64,000 bases of DNA from Thermomicrobiales bacterium (GTDB lineage: Bacteria; Chloroflexota; Chloroflexia; Thermomicrobiales; CFX8). A model generated the notes under the pieces. The model ran no database searches, was not told the DNA's origin, and was given only the letters and a program-made list of their open reading frames with translations. Of the stretch, positions 18,308-26,000 are shown piece after piece (within the stretch, counting starts at the first letter, position 1; each line of letters opens with the position of its first letter). The stretch is taken from the NCBI GenBank assembly GCA_023954495.1, contig JAMLIA010000006.1, positions 4,097 to 68,096 of the forward strand, written 5' to 3'. The position numbers and the translations under genes are program-made.

Positions 18308-18667
18308 CTACGGAAGCCGACGATCGATCTGATCCAGATCCTCCGCGCACGTCTGGATGCCAGCCTTGTCTGCGGCTGCGTTCGCGCTGGAGTCGGTGCT
18401 GATGAATAGGACACGACCCGGCTCGACGCCGGTTAGCGCCGTCGCGCGGTCAAACGGCCATGTCTCGTCCGCGCCCGGCAGCCAGAGGTCGAAGCGCTCG
18501 GCCAGACCGACGCGTTCGAGTGCGGCGGCGACATTGTTCGCCGACGAGATAGCGCCGCGATGGATACCGCGACCGGCAACCTCTTCAACCGCAGCCGCCA
18601 CCCGCTTGTCGCCAAGGGAGTCCGTGTCAAATAGAACGAGCTCGACCATACTGCACGGCTGGGACAT
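18308..18667 (-). CDS. Short HAD-like hydrolase-fold protein (hypothetical)
   Basis: ATG 18667 lies behind a GAGGGGGA RBS. The product is 119 aa and carries an FDTDS motif resembling HAD motif I. Its stop is 3 nt upstream of the NTase start. Confidence 0.4.
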   Translation of the reverse strand: MSQPCSMVELVLFDTDSLGDKRVAAAVEEVAGRGIHRGAISSANNVAAALERVGLAERFDLWLPGADETWPFDRATALTGVEPGRVLFISTDSSANAAADKAGIQTCAEDLDQIDRRLP

Positions 18668-18747
18668 CCCGTCCCCCTCTCTGTCACATGTCGATCTTCG
18701 CATACAATCGCCCGAATCAGCAGCCGATGTATGCCGGAAGGAACCGC

Positions 18748-19704
18748 ATGATGTCCGCGCGACCACGATGCCTGCAGCCTGGTGCAACGATCGGCCTTGT
18801 CTCTCCATCGAGCCCGACCTCGCGCCCGAGCGACCATATTCGTATTCAGCAGTGGGCCGAAGAGCAGGGCTTTCGGCTGAAATTTTTCCCGCACGCCGCA
18901 GACCGTGCGACATATCTCGCTGGACGGGACGAGGACCGCGCTGCCGACCTGATAGCGGCCTTCGCCGACCCGACAGTGGACGCGGTGCTGACGATCCGCG
19001 GTGGGTACGGTGGCTGGCGGGTCGTGCCGCACCTGGATTTCGACATCATCCGCGCGAATCCCAAATTCTTCTGTGGCTACTCCGACACGACAGCACTCCA
19101 CGTTGCTATGGGCAAGTCCGCTGACCTTGTGTCGTTCTACGGGCCGGCGGCATCCTCGTTCATCAGTCGGAACCGCTCCGCATATTCGCTGCGCCACTTC
19201 CTGAAGGCACTGACCGATCCCGCCCCGTTGGCTGTCATCGAACGGGACCCCGACGATCCGTTTACCTGGGCGATTGCGTCTGGCGTTGCTGAGGGTCCCT
19301 TGCGAGGCGGTTGTCTGTCGCTGCTGGTGCAGTCGCTCGGCACACCCTGGGAGGTGGACTGGGACGGTGCAATCGTCTTCGCCGAGGACGTGAACGAGGA
19401 GCCATACCGCATTGATGCCTACCTGACGCAGCTCAAGCTGGCCGGCAAGCTGGACAACATCGCCGGATTCGTCGTTGGCGAGCATGTGAGCTGCGGTCCG
19501 CGCGAGTTCCGCCCCTCGTACGCCTATGGCACCTATTCAACCGAGGAGGTCTACCGGCACTATCTGGAGCCGCTGGGCGTCCCGGTGATGGTCGGACTCC
19601 CCTGCGGACATGGCAAGCACCTCGCCACGTTGCCGTTGGGTGTGCGAGCTCGACTGGACGCCAGTAATCTCACGCTGGAGATTCTGGAATCGGCGACGAT
19701 CTGA
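18748..19704 (+). CDS. ldcA: LD-carboxypeptidase (peptidase S66, muramoyltetrapeptide carboxypeptidase)
   Basis: Motifs: LQPGATIGLVSPSSP, the nucleophile elbow FCGYSDTTALH, and a C-terminal GHG..H motif. ATG 18748 lies behind a GGAAGGAA RBS. Confidence 0.85.
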   Translation: MMSARPRCLQPGATIGLVSPSSPTSRPSDHIRIQQWAEEQGFRLKFFPHAADRATYLAGRDEDRAADLIAAFADPTVDAVLTIRGGYGGWRVVPHLDFDIIRANPKFFCGYSDTTALHVAMGKSADLVSFYGPAASSFISRNRSAYSLRHFLKALTDPAPLAVIERDPDDPFTWAIASGVAEGPLRGGCLSLLVQSLGTPWEVDWDGAIVFAEDVNEEPYRIDAYLTQLKLAGKLDNIAGFVVGEHVSCGPREFRPSYAYGTYSTEEVYRHYLEPLGVPVMVGLPCGHGKHLATLPLGVRARLDASNLTLEILESATI

Positions 19705-19939
19705 GATGTCAGATCCATCGACGCCTCAAGAGTGCGCCGGTTGACTTGTTGAGACGTCACTTCCGAAGTGTCAACACGGTCTTAACTAGTGAGGCTGCCA
19801 GATATGTGAGGATACAACCGTCAAGGCAGTGTCCAGCGCCGGGACGCTGACACTTGGCAAACCACTCCTCCACCGGTGCAAGCCGGGACACCTCCCACCA
19901 CAACGGCTGGCGGCCCATCGCTGGGTCGCCAGCCGCCTT

Positions 19940-22078
19940 TTACACGTGTCGCGCGGTTCGCTTGTTGGCGACGTAATCGACGAGGATGTACTCGCCGAGG
20001 CGGTCCGGCGTGGCAAAGAACGCGCGACCCTTATTAATCTTCGCCATCTCGGAAACGAACCCGGCCATGTACGGGCTATGCTCCAGCATGAACGTATTGA
20101 TGGTCACATTCTCGCGGGTGCAGCGCATGACCTCCTTGAGCGTCTCCTGCAATGTCTGGTACGTCGGCGGGTAGGAGAACCGCACCTGGCCGTCCTCGAA
20201 GTGCGCTGTCGGTTCACCATCGGTGATGACGATTACCTGTTTATTGCCGCCCTTGTGGCGGGCGAGAAGCTGCCGAGCCATCATCAGGCCGTGCTGCATG
20301 TTCGTGCCGTAGTTGTATTCGTCCCAACTGATGCTCGGCAGGGTCGCCGGATCGAGCCGCGTCGCCACGTAGGAGAACCCGAGGACGTAGAGATTGTCGC
20401 GCGGGAACTGTCCGCGGATCAGGCTGTCGAGCGCTAGCGCGACTTTCTTGGCCGCGGCGAAGCAGCCGTTGTAGAGCATTGATCGGCTCATGTCGACCAT
20501 CAGCACGGTTGATGACTGCGTGATCTGTTCGGTGCGATAGACCTCGAAGTCCTCGGCCGCCAGATGCACTGGCGCACCAGTGCCGTCCCGCCAGACCGCG
20601 TTCATCACCGTCTTCGGCAGATCGAGCAAGAACGGGTCGCCGAACTCATACGGTTTGCTCGTGTCGGTTCGCTCGCCACCCTGGCCTGTGTGGTCGATCT
20701 GGTGCTGGCCGAAGCGATCGCGCTTGAGATGCTGGAAGATATCGGTCAGCGCCTTCTGGCCGATCTTCCGCACACCCTGGGCGGTCATCTCCCAGCCACG
20801 ACGGCCCTTCTTGATGTAGCCTGCATCTTCCAGCAACTGCGTCAGTTGGCGAAGCTGGTCGAGATCATGTTGAAACTCGTCGCCCAGCAACTCGCGGATC
20901 TTCTGATCGTCAACGTCCTCGAGGTCACGCCAGTCGCGGACGCCACGCAGCTGCTCGGACATCTCGTCCATGTCGTGCAGGCGATCCATCAGACGCAGTG
21001 CCTGGTCGAGCGACAAATCCTCATCGCCACGGAACCGATATTGATCGGCGTACGGATTCGGTCCCATCATCTGCGACAGATTCTCGGAGAGCCGCTCCAT
21101 CTGCTGCTGCATGCCGGGGTCGTTCATGACCGCCTGCATGGCATTCCATAGCTCGGCGCGCTGTTCTTGCGACATTGAGTTCATCAGCGACTGCATCGCC
21201 GCCATCTGCTGCGCCATGTGATCCATCAGCTCGTCGAGCGACTTGATGTCGTTGCCGAAGTAGTGCCCCCAGCGGTGCATGAAGCGCTCGAAATCCGGCT
21301 GTCCACCGTTGGCGCGTTCTTCGAGCATGTCGTTCAGCTCAGAGAGCATCTGCTGCATCTCCTGCATCGACTCCGGCGTCATGTTCTGCAGCGACTGCTG
21401 CATCCCCTGGAAGGTCTGCTGCAGCATCTGCTGCTGGAGCTGCTCCAACAACTCCTGGAACTTCTCGCGGGCACGCTGATCCATGAACTCGTATTCGGTC
21501 AGCGCCTTGATCTGTCCGGCCGGATCGGGCGGGAGATTGTCGAGCGCGTCCAGCTTCTTCTGCGCCATGCTTTCCAGCAAGCGCTGCAGCCGCTCGTTGT
21601 CGTCAGCATCGCCTGTCTCAGACTTGTCCTGCTCACCAGTGGATTGCTGCGACTGCTCGCCCGTTTCGCTTGCCTTGTCTTTGCCGTCGGACGACTCGGT
21701 GCTGTTTTCGGGCTGCTGCGTCTGCTGACGACTCTGGTCGAGGCGCTGCTCGATTCCGTCGCGCTCAAGCTGCTGGATCTCTTCGAGGCGCTGCTTCAGA
21801 TCGTCCAGTACCGAGCCGAGGTCGTAGCGATTGAGCTCGCGCTGCCGCATAGCTTTCAGTCGCTCCATCAGCTGGCGGATGCCGGGCATCTGCGTCGAGT
21901 CCTGCTTGTTGAGCCCCTGATTGAACAGCCGCTGCAGAGCACTCTGCAGGTCGCCCTGCGCGAACATATCATCAGATATGGCGTCCATGATGTCGTCAGC
22001 GGTCAGGCCGTCGATCTGCTGCGTGCCGTCCCAGCGAGAGTAGCGGTTGCGCGGGTAGAAGGAGTAGTCGAAGCTCAT
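19940..22078 (-). CDS. VWA-domain protein with a long Q/E/M-rich coiled-coil region (CoxE/NorD-like partner of an AAA+ ATPase)
   Basis: 712-aa ORF. The C-terminal VWA domain has the MIDAS motif VDMSRSM and ..VIVITDGEPTAH. The central ~230 aa are low-complexity (QQMLQQTFQGMQQSLQNMTPESMQEMQQML). Confidence 0.85.
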   Translation of the reverse strand: MSFDYSFYPRNRYSRWDGTQQIDGLTADDIMDAISDDMFAQGDLQSALQRLFNQGLNKQDSTQMPGIRQLMERLKAMRQRELNRYDLGSVLDDLKQRLEEIQQLERDGIEQRLDQSRQQTQQPENSTESSDGKDKASETGEQSQQSTGEQDKSETGDADDNERLQRLLESMAQKKLDALDNLPPDPAGQIKALTEYEFMDQRAREKFQELLEQLQQQMLQQTFQGMQQSLQNMTPESMQEMQQMLSELNDMLEERANGGQPDFERFMHRWGHYFGNDIKSLDELMDHMAQQMAAMQSLMNSMSQEQRAELWNAMQAVMNDPGMQQQMERLSENLSQMMGPNPYADQYRFRGDEDLSLDQALRLMDRLHDMDEMSEQLRGVRDWRDLEDVDDQKIRELLGDEFQHDLDQLRQLTQLLEDAGYIKKGRRGWEMTAQGVRKIGQKALTDIFQHLKRDRFGQHQIDHTGQGGERTDTSKPYEFGDPFLLDLPKTVMNAVWRDGTGAPVHLAAEDFEVYRTEQITQSSTVLMVDMSRSMLYNGCFAAAKKVALALDSLIRGQFPRDNLYVLGFSYVATRLDPATLPSISWDEYNYGTNMQHGLMMARQLLARHKGGNKQVIVITDGEPTAHFEDGQVRFSYPPTYQTLQETLKEVMRCTRENVTINTFMLEHSPYMAGFVSEMAKINKGRAFFATPDRLGEYILVDYVANKRTARHV

Positions 22079-22290
22079 CTGGCGCTCGATTCAGGTAGGT
22101 GATGTAACGGACGGGGACGTTGCTATCTACGGGTGCGGATGCTCGTGTGAGGTTGTGACGTTGTCGTCAATGTCCGGCGCAGATTCGATGTGTCAAGGAT
22201 AAGCCGATGTTCGCGCAGTCGCAATGTCGTGGCCAACGATGCCGTGCGGCTCTGCTCCTCCCGAATCGTGCATCTGGGGGGATGCTTCGT

Positions 22291-22320
22291 TTGACTCGTC
22301 TGCAATTCGACAGGCATAGT
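22291..22320 (+). promoter_or_regulatory. Sigma-70-like promoter candidate for the lipoprotein gene
   Basis: TTGACT (22291..22296), an 18-nt spacer, then CATAGT (22315..22320). A T8 tract follows, and the ATG is at 22376. Confidence 0.25.
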
Positions 22321-22375
22321 TTGCGGTCAGCGCGCACCAACTTGATTTTTTTTGCTCTGGTGCTACCGTCACTTC

Positions 22376-22978
22376 ATGACAAGAGAAGCCCGAAAGCTGA
22401 TTCAATCCATCGTTGTCGTCACGGTCGGGGCGGCACTCTTCGCAACGAGTGCCTGCAACACTGATTCCACGCACGATAGTGCTTCGTCTCCGATATCCAG
22501 CGCAGCGGCAAGCCTCGTGTTGCCAACGCCAATCCAGGACGGAGTCTGGAATGCTCTGACGGTCGAGCAGGCTCGTGCGCTCGCGTCGTTCCCGCTCGCG
22601 ATCCCCGATCCCATGCCTGACTCGCTGCAGCTGACCAACATCGTCGTCATGACGTCGCCGCCGTCCGGCGCGCTGGGTAAGACAAATTACGCCGAAGTGC
22701 ACATTATGAGTACAAGCGGAACTTCAAAGATCGTGCTCACGGAGACGACGCGCGAGACTCAGCTGAACGTGGGTGACTCAGTGACGCGCAGGACGCTCGA
22801 CATCAACGGTACGTCTGTCGACAAGGTTGATGACCCGCGAGGCGATGGTAAGACGACGCTGAGCTATTCGTGGAACAGCAATGGAGTCTGGTATTCAGTC
22901 GTTGCCTTGATGCCTTCGGCGGATGTGACCGAGACGCAACTGGAGCAACTGATCACGAATCTCAACATTGCGGAGTGA
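22376..22978 (+). CDS. Putative secreted lipoprotein (hypothetical)
   Basis: The N-terminus MTREARKLIQSIVVVTVGAALFATSAC has a signal peptide and a lipobox-like TSAC. The remainder is a beta-rich soluble domain. Confidence 0.6.
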   Translation: MTREARKLIQSIVVVTVGAALFATSACNTDSTHDSASSPISSAAASLVLPTPIQDGVWNALTVEQARALASFPLAIPDPMPDSLQLTNIVVMTSPPSGALGKTNYAEVHIMSTSGTSKIVLTETTRETQLNVGDSVTRRTLDINGTSVDKVDDPRGDGKTTLSYSWNSNGVWYSVVALMPSADVTETQLEQLITNLNIAE

Positions 22979-23070
22979 TCTCGTCCGCGGGTAGGAGCGG
23001 GTTGATCAGAGAGCCGAATCGCAGCGAGATATACCTCGCTGCGGTTCGGTGTCGATTGGCCTATCGTAGC

Positions 23071-26000
23071 TCAGAGCGCGCGTGACCACCGGAGCAGCAA
23101 CGCTGCGTCGTTGGCTGGCATCATTCCGAGCATGGCCGAGAAGGAGACCGCGACCTGGAAGCGGACCATCATCGTGAATGCCACCTGCTCCTGGCCGCGC
23201 CGCGCCGCATTCTCGGCGGCCGCGAGCATGCTGCACAGGGAGTTGGCTTCGCGCGCGCTCGTGAGGATCTCCCTCGACAGCCCGCACAGGTCGGCGTGTG
23301 TTGCCACAACGCGGAAGGTGGCTTGTGTGCTGGATGAGTTACCGGCCTGATCGAGTGCGGTCGCGGTGATGCTCTGGTCTCCAGCCGAGAGCGAGCTCGC
23401 CTTGCGGTTCAGGTCTGCGCACGTATCAGACGCTACACCGGAGGTTGCATCGCTGACCGAGCAGGATATGACGATCGTGTCGAGCAGCCCATACGTCCCC
23501 TGGTTGCCGGTAAAGACGACCTCCGGCGCGGTCGCATCACGCTTGACGCTGACCGACTTGGTTGAGCTACCACCGGCGCTCACCGCCGTGCAGGTCAACG
23601 TTCTTTCCGCCGTGTCCTCAGTAACAACTGTCTGGTCGCAGCCGGTCATCGACGTGATGCCCGACTCGTCGTCGGTCACCGTCCAGGTGATCGTGACATC
23701 GCTGGTGTACCAGCCGTCGTTGCCGAGCGTGCCATCGAGCGTCGCCTCGACTGACGGTGCAGTGGCGTCGTTGACGGTGTACGTAAAGTCCGCCGTCGCG
23801 CTGTTGCCCGCGATATCGGTCGCCGTACAGGTGATCATGTGCTCGCCGAGCGACGCTGTGTCAACCGATGGGCAATTCTGCGACGCGACACCGGACAGCG
23901 TGTCCGTTGCATTCGATGTTGCAGTCGCCTCGCTGTTGAACAGGATGACTGTTGGGTCAATGGTCGGGCTGAGCGTCGGAGCCGTTGCATCACGCTTGAC
24001 GGTCACGGATTCAGTCGTGCTGCCACCGTCACTGGCTGCCGTACAGGTGAAGGTCGTCTCGGCAGTATCAGTGTTGATGACCGTCTGATCGCACCCAGTC
24101 ATGACGGTGATGCCTGAGTCGTCGTCAGTGACTGTCCAGGTGATGGTGACATCGCTCGTGTACCAGTCGTCATTGCCGAGCGTACCAGTGACATTCGCGA
24201 CAACCACTGGCGGCGATGGATCGTGGACCAGGTAGGTGATGTCTGCTGTCGCGGAGTTGCCGGCGGCATCTGTCGCGGTGCAGGTGATGGAGTGCTCGCC
24301 GACTGACGATGTATCCACGATCGGGCAATGTTGCGATGCAACGCCCGACAGCGCGTCGTCTGCATTTGGCGTCGCTGACGCCTCACTATTGAGCATGATG
24401 TCCGTCGGCTCGATGGTCGGACTGAGAGCCGGTGCCGTTGCATCACGCTTGAAGGTCACGGACCCGGTCGTGCTGCCGCCGGCGCTCACGGCTGTGCAGG
24501 TGATTGTCGTCCCGGCAGTGTCTTCAGCAACGACTACCCGATCACAGCCAGTCATCGACGTAATCCCGGAGTCCTCATCTGCGACCGTCCATGTGACCGT
24601 GACATCACTGGTATACCAGCCATCGTTGCCGATCGTGCCAGCGACCGTTGCTTCGACCGTCGGCGCTGTGTTGTCGATGACGGTGTAGGTGATTGACGCG
24701 CTCGCGGAGTTGCCAGCGACGTCGGTTGCTGTGCAAGTGATGGTGTGCTCACCGACCGATGACGTGTCAATCGTCGGGCAGCTCTGCGAAGCAATACCGG
24801 ACGCAGCATCGCTGGCGTTTGGTGTCGCGGTCGCCTCGCTGTTGAGGAGAATGACGTCAGGCGCAATCGTTGGATTGAGCGATGGTGCCGTTGCATCTCG
24901 TTTGATCGTGAGCACCTGTGTGGTGACGCCACCACTGCTCGTGACCTGGCAGGTGGAGGAGACGCCATCGGGTCCGACCGAGTCGGTAGTCACGTCAAAG
25001 ACATCGCAGCCCACGACGGACGTGATCGGAGATTCGTTGTCTGAATACCACCACTCGAACGTGACGTTGCTGGTGTACCAGCCGTTGCGGCCTTGCGTGC
25101 CGAAGACCACTGGATGGACGATCGGTGGCGTGCTGTCGACCACGACCAATGTGCCATCGACCCAACTGATCTCGTAGTTTTGGGAGGTCAGACCCTGGCA
25201 GGTGATGGTGTAAACACCGCGTGGTGGGACGGGACTGAGCGCAACTGCGTTTCCGGCCTTGTCCTGCAGCACGCAGCTCAGAGTGCCGTTCAGATTGTTG
25301 ACATCCTCACCGCTGGCGAAGCCATCGTAGGTGACAGCTGCGATGTCCGGCAGGGATGCGGCGTTGTCAGGCACATCGTAAGACGGTGCGGTGATCGTCA
25401 GGTGTTGCGCTAGTACCTCAAGTTGAACTGAGACTGGATCCGGAACCCAGGTGTTGCCAACGTTCGGTGTGAACTGCACAGTCAGTGTGTGCGTTCCAAC
25501 CGGAAGGATCTGGCTTGCGTCGTACGCATCACCGTCAACAGTGACTGCGAATGTGCCACTAACAGGTTGGCCGGCAGCGTCTGTTGCTGTGTAGCTTAGT
25601 GGCACGTCCCCTAGAGCCGTGCCATAGGTGATCGGATCTGGGGCGGGCCAGGAGACAGTGACACCATTCAGGATGACGTATGTCGCCACTAATGACGTCG
25701 CGCCAGCAGCGTCAGATACCGTCACGTTAACTTGGTAGTGGCCGATGGCCGCATATCTGTGCTGGGACCAGATCTTGTAGGTCCCGACACTACCGGCGAC
25801 GGGGATGAGGTCGATGTCATCGACGCCAAGCTCGATCATCATCGGGGATTCCGCCACGGAGAGAGCCGGCGAGCCGTCGCCCCAATCAACCGTAAGACGA
25901 ACTTCATCTTCGGCAAATGGCGCGACCGTCAAACCAGTCACTTCCATCGCTTGTTGCGGCACACCAGATCGAACGTCACAGACCACTTCCGGGGTGCAGG

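Noticed and set aside
18433-19485. 350-aa minus-strand ORF
   Set aside because: It is antisense to the LD-carboxypeptidase gene, which has clear catalytic motifs. It has shadow-ORF composition (R/G/A-rich).
21218-22102. 294-aa plus-strand ORF rich in L/H/Q/R
   Set aside because: It is an antisense shadow of the Q/E/M-rich coiled-coil region of the VWA gene. Its periodic leucines simply mirror the sense-strand Gln/Glu codons.
23366-25177. Three similar plus-strand ORFs (240, 150 and 162 aa) that look like a small paralogous gene family
   Set aside because: They are antisense shadows of the four tandem repeats in the giant minus-strand gene. Their similarity only reflects the repeat. The sense strand is a 5-kb uninterrupted ORF with recognisable domains.
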